Assembly: GCF_006345805.1 (NCBI RefSeq)
Contig: NC_042999.1
Coordinates: forward strand, 109,368,001-109,432,000
DNA: 64,000 nucleotides
Reading direction: 5' to 3'
Origin: Octopus sinensis
Taxonomy: Eukaryota
Positions 1 through 13,892 of the stretch are shown piece by piece. Numbering within the stretch: position 1 is the stretch's first letter; every line of letters starts with the position of its first letter. The notes under the pieces are model-generated. The model had not been told where the DNA came from. It did no database searches and saw nothing but the letters and a program-made list of their open reading frames with translations. The translations under genes and the position numbers were made by a program.

Positions 1-1654
1 GATGAGGATTGTAGGAACATAGATACCCAAAGCAAGTGGGATGGATAGGCGAAGTAAAATTACCTTGCAACTGAATAAAAGTTTGCTAATTAAAACCTTA
101 CCACAGATATTGCACAAAAGCATGTCCCTTTTTCACCTTAGTCAAGAATGTTTCTATATTGAATTAAGGTTTGAACCATCATCAACATCATCGTTTTGAT
201 ATCCACATTTCCGTTCTTGCACGGTTTGGATAGGATTTTTGAGACAGATTTTCTGCAGAAAAATACCATTCCTGTCATCAACCCTCATCTGTTTTCAAGT
301 GAGGTAATATTTCCCCGTGAACAGACATGTTTACATGGAAAACTGGAAATGAAGGACACTGCTTGCATGACAGTAACATTTATTCACACCCACCATGTGA
401 AAAGTTAAGTAAAGAGACAGTAATACACACACACACGGTTACATATAACAGGCCTCCTTCAACCTCCTTTCACTATATCCACCCATAAACTTTTGTCTGG
501 CCCAGGGTCTCAGTAGAAATGTCAGTGGGATAAAAATGTGAATGAAAAGTGTTGTAGAAGAATTAAAAAAGTAATGTGGTATCTGTTTTAAATCTTACTC
601 AAAAAGACATATTTATATGGTTTTAATCTGTATAGTACTTTAATGGAGAAATAAATACTGTAATGCTTGCATCATTATAAAATTATCAACAGTATAAAGG
701 TTTGTTGTATTTGAATGCTAGTATTAGTAATGATAATTTCCCCAGTTTTTTTTAGGATGAGAGATGTTTTAATTTAATTTAACTGCTACTGTTGAAAAGT
801 TTTGTAATGCTTATTACAATCACCAAAATAGGCAATAGAATTGTTTTGTGCACTAGAACTGATTGCCAATGATTGTATAAAGCATCTGTTTAAAAAAAAA
901 ACAGATAATTTTTGTATTCAGTTTTTAGTGTGAAAGAAATATTAAAAAAATGTTTAAAAATTTTTTTATATATGTTTTTTTTTCTTTTTAGCTGTTTATT
1001 ATTAACCAACCGTGCAGTCAGAAGCTAATTTTCATTGATTTTTATGATACAGTAAACATCCGAAATAACAAAAACTCAAGCTAACGGAACATTTGAAAAT
1101 TGTCATTCTGTAGAGAAAATTACCGGTAATGTGCTAATTTGTTTACTTTCAGCTTACACTATTTTAAAAATGTTTTTTTTTTGTTTTTATTGTTTTTCCA
1201 ATTGCTTACTGCAAATTTACCAGCTAATAAAGAAGTATTCATTAAAAACTATTCTTCCAGTATGAGAAAGCAAATATTTATAAGATGATTAAATTTCATC
1301 TTTATTGTGATGGTCTGTGCAAGGAAAGAAAGATCAATCTACAACCTCTTTAAGTTTTTCCATAGTAGGAAAATTTAAAAATTCAACAAAAAAGCTATTG
1401 TCCTTTGTTTCTCATCTTATATTATAAATCAAGTATGGGCAATCTTCTGCACTTTATGATGTTTTGTGAAGTATGAATAATCCCCTTTGCTAACATTCTG
1501 TATCATAATCTGAGTTTTGACTTAAATATTTTTCAATGATTTACTTAATGCAATATAAGGTGTATACTGTATGGCGTATTTTAAATTATTCATTTAATGT
1601 TGTCCCATTTATGACAAAGAATATCTCATAAAACCAGTTGATTTTATATATTAT

Positions 1655-2190
1655 ACCCAGCAGAAGTGGCTGTGTGGCAAGTAGCTTGCTTACCAACCAC
1701 ATGGTTCCGGATTCAGTCCCACTGTGTGGCATCTTGGGCAAGTGTCTTCTACTATAGCCTCGGGCCAACCAAAGCCTTGTGAGTAGATTTGGTAGGTGGA
1801 AACTGAAAGAAGCCCATCGTATATATGTATATATATATATATGTATGTGTGTGTATGTTTGTGTGTCTGTGTTTGTCCTCCCAACATTGCTTGACAACCA
1901 ATGCTGGTGTGTTTATGTCCCTGTAACTTAGTGGTTTGGCAAAAGAAACTGATAGAATAAGTACTAGGCTTACAAAGAATAAGAATAGTGTAAGCTGAAG
2001 TAAACAAATTAGCACATTACCGGTAATTTTCTCTACAGAATGACAATTTTCAAATGTTCCGTTAGTTTGAGTTTTTGTTATTTCGGAAGTTTACTGTATC
2101 ATAAAAATCATTTGCTTGACCAAAGGTGGTGCTCCAGCATGGCTGCAGTCAAATGACTGAAACAAGTAGAATAGTAGAAGAGTAAAAGAA
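1655..2190 (+). mobile_element. tRNA-derived SINE with CORE-like segment and internal microsatellite. Many other copies: 9465-9735-, 12890-13045+, 16330-17110+, 38110-38560+, 41280-41670-, 44810-45220+, 49780-49990-, 50385-50550-, 51770-51915-
   Basis: gtggctgtgtggtaag..ggttcagtccca..ttgggcaagtgtcttct..(ta)n..gatagaataagtac..cagtcaaatgactgaaac. Confidence 0.85.
1984..2110. repeat. 127-bp inverted copy of 1036-1163 inserted inside a SINE
   Basis: Three differences; replaces ~11 bp of the SINE consensus. Confidence 0.95.
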
Positions 2191-2994
2191 TTATAAACTC
2201 TGAAATTAAAAGGATACTACTGTTGGTGATCTAAAAAATATGAGGTTCTATTACTTTTCTTTAACTCAACACAAATTTCAAAAATGGGGTGTATAAATTA
2301 GTTTAGACTCCCCTACTTTCTTCCTTCCATGAATGAAACTTAGGATTAAAATAGGTTTTTTTTATCTATTTCTGCCTTGGTTTTAGACTATAAACTTAAT
2401 TCCTCATATAGTTATTGATTAATTCTGTTATTTATTGATGTGATGGGTTACACAAATCCACACAACAGATTTGCAAAAAGCTTTAAGTTTTAATATATCT
2501 TTCAAAGATCTGAAAAGACAGTGTACATAACAAATACATTTGAAATCATCATTATCATTCTTTCTTATCGTGTCATCCTCATTGTCATCCTTATCATCCT
2601 CATTTAAAGTCCATTTTCCATGCTGACATGGGTTAAATGGTTTTATAGGAATCAAAGTGTCCAAGGACCACATCAAGCTCCAATGTCTGCTTTGGCATGA
2701 TTTTTACCACTGGATGCACTTCTTAACATCAACTACTTTACAGTGTAGACTGGGTGCTCTTGTCGTGCCAGCTATTGAGGTTGCCACACAATTCCTAGGA
2801 CTATAAGCACTGGGGAAGTTGGGGGAATCAGCTTCGATAAGGGAATTACTATGAGAGGGGGGCAAGAGGTTCCTGAAGAGGGATCTGTGTGGCTAGTCAC
2901 ATCTTGTATGGAAACAAAAAATATTATTAGATAACATAAAAAGAATATAATATTAGTGAGAAGAATAAATATTTCCATTTTAAATCATTTTAAC

Positions 2995-3420
2995 TTATGA
3001 TAGGTAAATTTTTATAATCTTATTTAATGTCCTTGTTAAACGTCTTTGTTAACTTGTCTCTCTGTTATTATGAAGCAGGTACTTTCACATTTGTTACACA
3101 TCATCCCTTTACATAAGCAGTCCATAATATATTCCTCTATTTTGAATACTCAGTGAATATTGCTAATTTTTCTGTCGTTTTCTTATCCCATTTCTGTAAG
3201 ATTGTTTGGTAATTTCAATTCAGGTCTTGTATTTGTATTGCTTAGATTTTATTAACTCATTAGATTTTCATTATATTTCTGACACTTGTATTATATGACC
3301 TACCTCTAAGAAATAATCCTTTGTCACCACCAGACAATAATTCCATGCATTTTCTCACTTGGTTCATATACTAAAACTGATTCCATGTCTAATATAATTA
3401 GGTTATCTAAAATCCAATAT
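2995..3420 (-). mobile_element. Ancient PLE ORF relic (between RT and GIY-YIG)
   Basis: QNRGILW..TNV..RDKLTKTFNKDIK*DY resembles PLE RNIIWFNPP..TNIG..KL.KIFN.NTIK.SY; many stops. Confidence 0.35.
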
Positions 3421-4599
3421 TATTAGTTGTTAGCTCTTCGCTGTATTAGGCACACCATCACATGTGACACACTTAAAGTGTCAGCTCCATATAATAACTG
3501 TAAGCCAAAGCTGAAGCCTCTATGTGGTTACTCAACAGCTAGAAATACCAGACAAAGTCTCTCAGATGCACCACATCCTTTAAAGAGAAGCACATTTAAT
3601 AGACAGTGAAGTCTCTAATATACACAATGATGAGATGGCCATAACTGGAATGTCTTTCAGCAAGGGTCTTTTCAGTCAGAGCTGATGTATGATTAAACAA
3701 TAACTTTTTGACATCACACATTCCTGGTAAGAAAATTATTTCTTCTAGTCTAACTAAATGATAGTAGGTTAAAAGTCAAGGAACGAAGTGTGACAGTAAT
3801 GAATTAGGCCTTAATTCAGATGTTGGCCTCAATCATTTTTGTTTTGTATGTATGTTTGTTGATATTCTCTCTGCTATTGCTACCATTTCTGAAACTGTAT
3901 AATTAATACCATCTCTATTAGTGACAATTGATTAATAGATAATGTAAACTAATTAGCAATCTCAAAGTTATATAGTTATATACACATTGATTTCTCATTA
4001 TAGTGTAAAAAAAATAGGAGAAAAGCCAGTTTGTGAATGGAAATTTGTGAAGATCCATAATTATCAAAGTCTGAACATGAGAAGTATCAAAAGTAACAAA
4101 GTGAAGGGAGAGTTTAGAAGGGACCCACTACACCTTGGGTGGAGAACCATTTTAAAGCCAAGGTTGAATTTGTGATGAGGAAATTAATCTTTTCATTTTA
4201 TGAATTTATTGGTTTCTAGCTTATATTTAATTACTGCTTTGGTGTTAAACCTTAAAATGTTTTTTTTCTTTCCTGTTTCAAGTTGGTTTTTAGAGAATTT
4301 TGTGAGCATGTAGATCCAAAATTGAAATCAGGCAAAACTCCTCTTACAAAGGAAGAGTTTTTCACACTTGTGGGAAACCCCTCCTCTGCAAATGAAATTT
4401 TGCATTGTTGTTCACATCCAGCCATCTAAACCAACGAAAAGCACATTAGATAAAGAGTTGTGGATACCCTGTACCAGAAACAAAAGACATAATGTTTGCA
4501 ACTATATTGTATTTGATCATTCCTTTGCTCAATTACAGTTCATCTGGGGCTAAAAAACCCCACAACTATGTAAATGTAACATTATTCCAAAAGCAGGTA

Positions 4600-5930
4600 T
4601 AAGGCAACAACATGATGTGTCTGGTTATTAGCTAAATTTTTAGTGAGAATATATTACTCCCTGACGAAAGACAATGATCAGATAGATATGTTTGAATCTG
4701 CTAAAACATATTGAGAATGTGTGCCCCTTATGAATTATTGTCTGATTGGCAGATATCAGCTCACATCAGCAAATAATTAAGGATTTTTACAGCAGAGAGC
4801 TCATAAAACTGTGTGATTAATAGAGTGAAAAGCCCTGGTGAATGATAGAATCAGAAACAAACACAAAGACACTACTGCATCCAAATTCACAGACCTTCCT
4901 GAACTGACTGGGGACATCAAAACAGAGTGAAGATTGTTTAATTTAGTAGTTTTTTCTTTGGCTGTACTATACTGTGAAATGAGGCAGTTCAGTGTGAATC
5001 CAGGTGGTAAAAGAAACTCTCAGTTTTATCAGGAAGTTAAAGATGCTATCTGAGCAAAAAAGGCTTACAAAGTTGGATTTGGAAACAAGTCTCCCTTTTT
5101 GCTTATGCAGTATACTGAGGCACAAAAAGTTGCAGCAGAAACTGTAAAAATGTTTAAGGTTAAATTATGGGAGGATTTTGGAACTGAGATAGACTCTGAC
5201 TTTAGTTTGACCAATAAAATATTCTGGTAGGCCATCTGCTGAGTTCTTAACAAGAAGCCCTCTTCCACACCTGCCATTAAGAACTTGGGCTAGGGCTCTT
5301 CTCTCTACTGAGAGGTAGTAAGAATACTTTGTTAAGATCCTAAATCCAGTCACAATAAAATCCTTTGGTAGAAAAGAGATGCATATAGGAGTGAAGACTA
5401 ACCTTACAACAGCTGAAGCCACCTGGGTGATTAAAGTGATCGTATGTGACAAGGCCTCTGGGGAGGATGAAACTTGGTCAAGGATATTAAAAGCTTTAAA
5501 AAGAGGAAGTATTCTTTGGCCAATTTGTGTATGCTCGATAGCTTGGACATCTGGAAAGACACCAAAGCAGTGGAAAGTTGGAGTGATAATAACAAGGGAA
5601 ACAAGAAAGGCTGCTTTAATTATAGAGAAATCTTCTTGTTGAGTCTCCTCAGGAAAGTCTATGCTAAGTGTCTGGAAAAGAGATGGAGGAAAATTGTTGA
5701 GTCCAAGATAGCCTAACAGTGTGGTTTCCATCTTAGCTACAGCACAGCTGACCAGATATTCACTCTAAAGCAGATCTTTGAGAAATCATGGAAATATTGA
5801 GATGTTCACTTCCTTTGTGGAACTTGAAAAGACATATGACCACGTGCCACAGGGATTACTATGGAGAACTTTGCAGAAGTTTGAGATTAATGAGCAGATT
5901 ATTCATATAAAAGATGGAAAGCGAAGTTCT
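4600..5930 (+). mobile_element. Decayed RTE-type LINE RT fragment
   Basis: KASGEDE, GKTPKQWKVGVII, NYREIFLLSLLRKVYAK, FVELEKTYDHVP with stops and frameshifts. Confidence 0.8.
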
Positions 5931-8900
5931 CAAAATGTAGTTCAAGAGAACATAAGCCAAGTATATTATTGAAGATATATGTTATGGTACATTGAAACAG
6001 TAGAATTTGCTACTGTTGGTACCAAAAGCATTATATAAACAGCAATTTGTTTGTTGATGGAAATGCAAAGTTCAAATACTTTTATGGATATAACTGCAGT
6101 GAAACTAGCTTTTCCAGCATATTGAACCTTAAATTTGCTACATAATGAGGTCTCAATGGATTATAAAGTTCACCATACTTTGGTAAAGTTGAGTTTTGCA
6201 GGAACTAAAATTATTTTATGGCAGTGGTATTAATTGATTTCAAATTTTGGTACAAAGTCAGTAATTTCAGGGGAGAGTGCATTGACTCTTCATCTCATCT
6301 CTTGGTATAGAGTTGCCCCCTTCTTTGAGGTTTATAGTCTTGCAAGCTGTATATTGATGGTGCTAGTGCAGTTGGAATATATAAAAATCACAGGAAAGTG
6401 TTTAAGATTAGAAAGGGCATCCAGCTGTAGAAACCATGTGAAAGCAGACACCAGAGAACAATACAGTCCTTGGGCCCATCAAATCTTGTTAAACTGTTCA
6501 ACCCATGCCAGCATGGAACTTGGATGTTAAATGATGATGATGATAATGACATCCATCATAACTTCCAATTTAAAATGTTATCTGTATTATACAAATTAAT
6601 TCTTGCAACCTCTTACCACTCTTGTCTAGTCTGTTATTCTTCTCCAATACCAATCCTTTTAACATCAACATGTCTGAGATCCCTTCTGGTTCTAGAATTA
6701 TACTGCCTCTCATTTTTAAGTATTCATAATGAAGTTAAAACATTCCATCATAATTTCATGAAAGACATTTTTGCAGATAACATGTTCCAAACATCACCTT
6801 AGCAATAACAAAGTTAGTTATTTGATTAAGTCTCTCTAAATTCTTGATAATTTCCAAATTTTAATAAAAGTCATGGACAGTGCATTTTATTAGACATACT
6901 TTCACAAAAGAGTTAAATAAGCCTTGATTCTAGTTAAGGTTTTTATATGGTTCTTTCTCCCTCATGCATATAAATTATTTATCTTCTTGATTAGTAAACT
7001 GTTCTTTTCTGTTAATCTTTAGACACAGCCTAACCTATATCATGCCATTTTATTTTCTTGGAAATAGCAAAAAATACGAGAAGCTTATATCAAATTATTA
7101 TCTGTTCATTTTGATATTTTACATAAATAAATTTTTTCTATGCTACGGGTGGAATGGCACATGCTTGAAATAGTTACTTTAAAGCTGGGTGCCCTACCTG
7201 TTGCTAAGCAGTCAACTATGCAATATGAAGAGAAACTCTTTTTTTCCATTCAGAAAATTTAGCTATTAGGTTTATAAGTTTTGCCCAAAAGTACATCAAT
7301 AGCTGTGGTGGAAATATGGTAGCAGATCATATAGCTAAAAGTTCAGTATATTAAAGGTGTAATGTCAGCATCATTGTACCTTTAGAGTAAAATATGTAAG
7401 AACTATTACAAGAGTGCAAAGTAACATTCATTAAAAGCTGAAACTGAATCTACAGATTTTTAACTCTCCTGGTCAGAAAAATTTATTCTTTTATACCAGA
7501 GAAGAAAATATTATCAGGTATTCAACTTTTGAGTTCTAATATTGTTAGCATGATGTTAAATAGTTATTGTTCTGCATTCATTAGAATTTCTGTTTCAATC
7601 ATAAAAGAAATAGAATGGTTTATTGGATTATTTCATGTTCCTTAGTACAATAATTATTCTGAATAAAAAAGTTAAAATTAAGCCAGCTTTCATTTTATGT
7701 AGAGATCAAAGTAGATTTCTTATAAACTTTACTATTACCAATTACATTCTGAGAATTACTCAATTGCATGTCATAATCAGGAAATCAGATTTTGTATTGA
7801 AATATTGCAAAAATAGAGTTTTTAAGGTTTTAGATATAATAATAAAGACTAGTATTCAAAGGTCAGCTGAAATACTTTGTACAATAACTGAAATGCAATT
7901 AATTTTGTTTCTTTTAGAACGATTGGAAAATAATACAAAAATCTTCAAAAGGGATTTAGAAGCACATAATAATCCAAGCATTAATTTATAGCATTTCCCT
8001 TTTATTTCATAAATATCCCTTAAATAAGCATTTCTCTTTCAAGTAAAACAGATTCTACTATCGTGCAGTAAAAACTGATGCTACAAAAATCAATCTGCCA
8101 AAGGTTTTCATAAGATAAGTGTTTGTTAAGCTGCATGTAGGTTTGTTAAGTTGTCATAAACTTTTAACAATAAACTTAAATATATATATTTAGTTTAAAT
8201 TCCTTATGTTTATATATTTAATATAAATGTTTTAATTGAAAACAACAAGGGGACCTATGCATAGTTTCTTATCCTTCTGTAAACAAATGTTAAATCTCCC
8301 TCAAATTAAATCTCACTGTCTTACAAAAAAATGAAGGACACATGATATAATGTAGCAGCAGCAGTAGTAGTAGTAGTAGTAGACATCATTTTCATCATCG
8401 TTTTCCATGCTGGCATGAGTTAGATGGCTTGGCAGAAGCTGGCAAGCCAGAGAACTATGTCAAGCTCTATCATCTACTTTAGTATGGTTTTTATGACTAG
8501 ATGCCCTTCCTTACACCAACAACATTACAGAGTGTACATGGTGCTTTTCATGTGGCACCAGCACCAGTGTGATTACCAAATAACTTGTAAGACCTCTCAG
8601 CTATGAGGTAGAGTAGTATTGAGGGCAATCAAATAATTTTGGCTGCAGTACCCTTTGATCAGAAATTTATTCAGAGTTGACCTGGTATTTAACAGCAAAA
8701 TAATTCTTAATACTTTGTTCATATTAAGAGTAGCTTAGCTATTACAGGAGCAAGTTAACAAGGTTAGACTTTTATCTCTAGAATCACCACTTATATTGTT
8801 GGAGTTTCAAAATAGCTCACCTACACAAGTTGTAGTTTCTCAGCTTTTGCCAAGATACTAGCCTAATGTACCAAAAATTGCATCAAGTTTTTTTAAAAGA

Positions 8901-9768
8901 TATGGAGAAGCAAATTCAGGGGTCTCATGAATGTGTAGGTATGCTATTGTTTATGCATCTCATAGATCTTGCATCCAATATTTGATTGCCTGGTTTTCTT
9001 TCAAATGAGTGGTGGTTGAGCATGGACTAGAAAACGAGTGTCCTTCATTTGTTCAAAAACTTATTGCTCTAACAATATTGGATTCATTTATTAAACTTCT
9101 TGTTACAATACTTAGATCTTGTTAAATATCTTTCAACTACTCAAAGGTTTTCAAATTTTCATTAGATTATTTTTTGAAAAAGCAGTTTTGATGTATTTTA
9201 TGATGCCATCATAAACATAGCACTAAATATGTGTTTGTTATTGATACATATAATGAGTTTATGACTATGTATAATACATTTCCAGTCTAATTATGTATGA
9301 AAAAATGCAATACCACCAATACTACCAACTACATTATATAATGTGTTGTCCTCTCTGTTTTTCAGATATTATGGTGTAGTTTAAGGAAAGACCACTTAAA
9401 AGTTTCATCATTGTTGTTATATCTTTCCTGTCTTTGCTGATTTCCATGACAACAGACATTTCCAACTTACGATATGTCATGGGGGACATAAACAACTCAA
9501 CACTGGTTGACAAGCAATGGTGCAGTGACAAACACACACACCACATGCACACACACATTCATATATGATGAGCTTTCACACAGTTTCCATCTATCAAATC
9601 CACTCACAAGGCTTTGGTTGACCAGGGGCTATAGTAGAAGACACTCATCGAAGGTGTTGCACAGGAGGACTGAATGCAAAACCAAGTGTTTGCAAAGCAA
9701 GCCTCTTCATCACACAGCTGTGCCTATACCTATACATATATACTGTATCACTGTATTGACCAGTAGAT

Positions 9769-9975
9769 GGACAATTCATCAACAGACAACATATAGACAG
9801 GACAATTGTGCGGTATGGTGCAGAGTCCTGTTGCCAGACACAGGGTGTTCCAGCAGCCACCTTCTTGACCCAGGGCAGCACAACCTCCTCCAGACATTTG
9901 ATGTAGGTCTCCGTGTTGAATCTGAGGCCATGTGGGAATTGTCTGTCGGCTAATTGTCTGTTGATGAATTGTCTG
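9769..9975 (-). mobile_element. maT transposase fragment bracketed by unrelated inverted repeats
   Basis: FPHGLRFNTETYIKCLEEVVLPW..WQQDSAP between gacaattcatcaacagacaa (9770-9789) and its reverse complement (9954-9973). Confidence 0.75.
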
Positions 9976-10074
9976 CACAAAGGTATTGACCAGAATATCA
10001 TATATTGATGTTCATTGCTGGTCACAAAGAGCTTTCAATTCTTTCTTGATTATGCTGTTTTTTTTCCATCTTGT

Positions 10075-11010
10075 TCCAAATTGCTTAACTAAATCATCTT
10101 TCCTTATCATGGAAGGCTTCCCAGTGGCCTTTTCAAGCCTCTTGGAAATCACTCAGTAACTGTATGAGTCCATGTGTTGCTTGAAGACCTTGCAACATGT
10201 CCAGTCCAGTAGAACTTGTGCTCTCGATATTTTGTGATCACATTTTGTTCTGTTTTTGAATCATCTCATTTTGAATGTGCTCTTGTAATGATATGTCTAT
10301 CATGGATCTTTCTATGGTGCTTTTGTGTCATAGTCAAGCAATGATCTTCCCCCTTCATAGTAGCTCACATCTCACTTGTGAATAAGACAGCAGGGAGAAC
10401 AGATTTATTGAAGAATCTGGCATGTATGGTCTTGTCCAGCATTACTTTGAGCATATCCTTTATTGAGGTAAATGCTTTTCATCCTGCCCTTATTCTCTTC
10501 AAGATTTCAGCATCCATGTCTTGGAGCATATTCATTGTATGCCTTGTGTAGACGTACACCTTAACATCTTTGATTTCATTACTCCCCACCTCTGTTTGGT
10601 TTTGGGCTATGTTTTTGAACCATATGTATTTTGTTTTCATGCAGTTCATTTTAAGGCCTTTTGCTGAGCTATGGATGTCCAGCTCTGTCAGCATGGTCTG
10701 CAGCTGATCTGTGGTTTTGGCAATGAGTACAATGTCATCTGTGAATTGGAGGTGTGTTAGTAAGTTGCCATTGATGTTCACATCACCTGTCCAGTCAATG
10801 TCCCTGATGACCATTTCTAGACATGTGTTGAAGAGCTTTGGCGAGATGGTATCCCCTTGTATTGGAACACTTACTCGTGTCAATAGCAGACCTACATCTA
10901 TAGTTTATCCAAAGTTTGCATCCTTGATCAGTTTGGTGTATTGTGCCTTGACACCTTGTATTTTCAGAGATTTCAGTACTGCATTCATCTCGACATTATT
11001 GAAAGCCTTA
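10075..11010 (-). mobile_element. Decayed RTE LINE RT fragment
   Basis: QGDTISPKLF, HLQFTDDIVL, GLKMNCMKTK. Confidence 0.85.
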
Positions 11011-11146
11011 AAGAACAAGAAACAAATGAATATGAGCTGCCTCTATGCATCACTTTTGTTGATTACACATATTTTATATAAGTGAGAAACAATTACATTT
11101 ACAGTAAAACATGACAGTCATTGATGTACAAAATGAAATTTTCAAG

Positions 11147-11238
11147 TAGTTTTCATTTGTCTAAATTTGCTTTGCTACCTGTACTTATGAAGATATATAG
11201 TATCACTAGTTCCACATTTTACCCTGAATTTCTTCTTG
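11147..11238 (+). CDS. Candidate exon SFHLSKFALLPVLMKIYSITSSTFYPEFLL (phase 2 to 1; may start at 11118)
   Basis: Acceptor ttttcaag, strong donor G|GTAAGC, 30 open codons in AT-rich DNA. Confidence 0.45.
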
Positions 11239-12289
11239 GTAAGCATCCATCATAGAGCAATAAGATAATTAAATGCAGTTTGCAAATTGAGGGTGATTTG
11301 ACTGCTAATTCAAACACAATTATCCATCAGATTGCAAATTTTCAGTGAACATGAACTGTACATGTAAACATTGGGTTGTGAGGTGTGGTTTGAGGGAATA
11401 TGACTCCTTGGTTGGTTCATGCACACATATATCTCCATAAAATGATAGTTTGTGAATATAAGGGAGCCTTAGCTACTCTTCCTAACGTGTCAAGCTACCC
11501 TGTAGATACTCTTTTGTGGATTCTTATGCATCTGTTTAAAAATTATATGTGTGTATGTAATAATCATACAAATAGAGAGACAGAAGAGATGGAATGTGTG
11601 TATGAGGCTGTGTGATAGAGACAAAATGAGAAAGTCAGAAAAATAAGGGATGAGAGAGGGAGAGAGAGAGAGAGAATGAGTGAAGGAGACCATCAGATAC
11701 ATAGTATACACACAAAACACTTGTTCACATCATGCATAGACACATATACACTTGTAACGAAAGAGTTATATGATCATATTTGCAACCATAGTGATATATG
11801 CAGCATATCGAACATCAAATGAAGAATCAATTTTGCTTTATTATAGAAATATCTCGAAAAAATTTTGAAATATTTCAATAGCAACAAACTTATATTTTAT
11901 TCAAATACTCACCATGTTTATGGCTATATTCTCTTGACCTACGTATGACTATATGTTGAGTAACCATTATTTCATGCTTGAAATTTTTATTATTATACTA
12001 GTGCATGACCTGTTGTTTTATGCCTGGAATAAGTATGACTTTGCTTCATTGAAATATAGGTATGTATGCAAGAAAGAATTATATGTAAAAGAAAGTAAAA
12101 CAATATTGAAGTAATAGAAATATTAAATACATCAAAATACATTTTAGTGTTTAACAGTTTTTAACTGGTTTTTGTTTCTGTATACAATAAACTGCAGTCA
12201 GGTAATTTTGACAATCAAACAATGTCTGAATATACAATATTTTTTTTAAAGAATTTAACATTTTCATAATTGAAATGTCCTTCAGATCC

Positions 12290-12860
12290 TCTTAGTGTAG
12301 TAAATTGACTTGGCACACAAAAATCTTTATGCATGATGGATTGCCAATTCTACTGAGAGCAACATATAACTGATTGTATGTGAACATGTTAGTAAGGAAA
12401 TAAATTTCACATTTGGATTGACTTTGTCCTTGACTTTTGCATATTGACATTGTGAATGCAGGTCTGACAGGAAATCGATGCTGACGTAAAGTGAAGGGCA
12501 AATCCATATATACGATGGATGCAGGTTGGTGTGAGAAATAAACAAAGTATGTTCTGTATAAACACCAGTCATCTTACTGGCTTTGATGAAGTCAAAAGAA
12601 CATATCCTATTCAAATGGCTGCATCTTTGATCAAGGTCTATCAACAAATTATGGGAGCTCCAATTCTAAATTTGATAATGTGAAGTGGCACGTTATCAAT
12701 AATGAGAAGATTAAGAAATTCATGTGGATATAGAATAACTTAGTCATCATCAGCAATGAAATCAACACTTTTAAGAATAATAGTATCACCTTGAAGTTTG
12801 TTCATAATTTCACTGTTAAGTCTGTTAACTTATTCATTTTTTATCATTAAAATATCTCTT
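12290..12860 (-). mobile_element. Helitron RepHel PIF1-helicase relic
   Basis: YPHEFLN..PLH..IGAPI and LPFTLRQHRFPVRPAFTMSICKSQGQS..QLYVALSR. Confidence 0.85.
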
Positions 12861-13036
12861 AAAGAGAGCCACAGGACATTGTGGAAATTATTTTGTAAGC
12901 GACTGTGTGGTAAGAAGTTTGCTTCTCAACCACATAGTACTAGGTTCGGTCCCACTACATGACATCTTGAGCAAGGCTACTATAGCCTTGAGCTGACCAT
13001 AAGTAGATTTGGTAGACAGAAACGAAAAAAGCCTGA

Positions 13037-13091
<55 letters not shown>

Positions 13092-13094
13092 CAT

Positions 13095-13892
13095 CATCAT
13101 CATCATCATCATTTAACGTCCGCTTTCCATGCTAGCATGGGTTGGACGGTTCAACTGGGGTCTGGGGAGCCCGAAGGCTGCACCAGTCCAGTCAGATCTG
13201 GCAGTGTTTCTACAGCTGGATGCCCTTCCTAACGCCAACCACTCCGACAGTGTAGTGGGTGATTTTATGTGCCACCGACACAGGTGCCAGACGAGGCTGG
13301 CAAACGGCCACGCTCGGATGGTGTTTTTTATGTGCCACCGACACAGGTGCCAGACGAGGCTGGCAGACGGCCGCGCTCGGATGGTGTTTTTATGTGCCAC
13401 CGACACAGGTGCCAGATGAGGCTGGCGAACGTCCACGATCGGATGGTGTTTGTTACGTGCCCACAGCACGGAGGCCAGTCGATGCAGTACTGGCTACGGC
13501 CACGTTCGGATGGTTTTCTTGTGTGCCACGTGCCACCGGCACTGGTACCACAAAGATACAAATTCCATTGATGTTCATCTATTTTGATTTGTTTTGATTT
13601 TCACTTGCCTCAACAGGTCTTCACAAGTGTCACAAGAAGGAAGGTAAGCACAGGTGGACTGACTACGTCCCAGGTAAGGCCACGGGTTATGGCCTGACTA
13701 GTCTTGCCGGGTCTTCGGATGGTGTTTTTATGTGCCACCGACATAGGTGCCAGATGAGGCTGGCGAACGGCCACGATCGGATGGTGTTTGTTACGCGCCC
13801 ACAGCACAGAGGCCAGTCGATACGGTACTGGCTACGGCCACGTTCGGATGGTTTTCTTGTGTGCCACCGGCACTGGTACCACAAAGATACAA

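Noticed and set aside
7500-7991. 18-nt microexon (7500-7517) plus terminal exon ERLENNTKIFKRDLEAHNNPSINL* (7918-7991)
   Set aside because: Phase-compatible, but such short AG..GT windows occur by chance on both strands here (another lies near 7197-7214 minus); no homology recognised.
8844-8938. Candidate exon FCQDTSLMYQKLHQVFLKDMEKQIQGSHECV (RhoGEF DH-like or FANCA SFCQ-like)
   Set aside because: Good donor, but no phase-compatible neighbour downstream. The opposite strand reads like a decayed gag-type ORF (LLKKLDAIFG), so it cannot be assigned.
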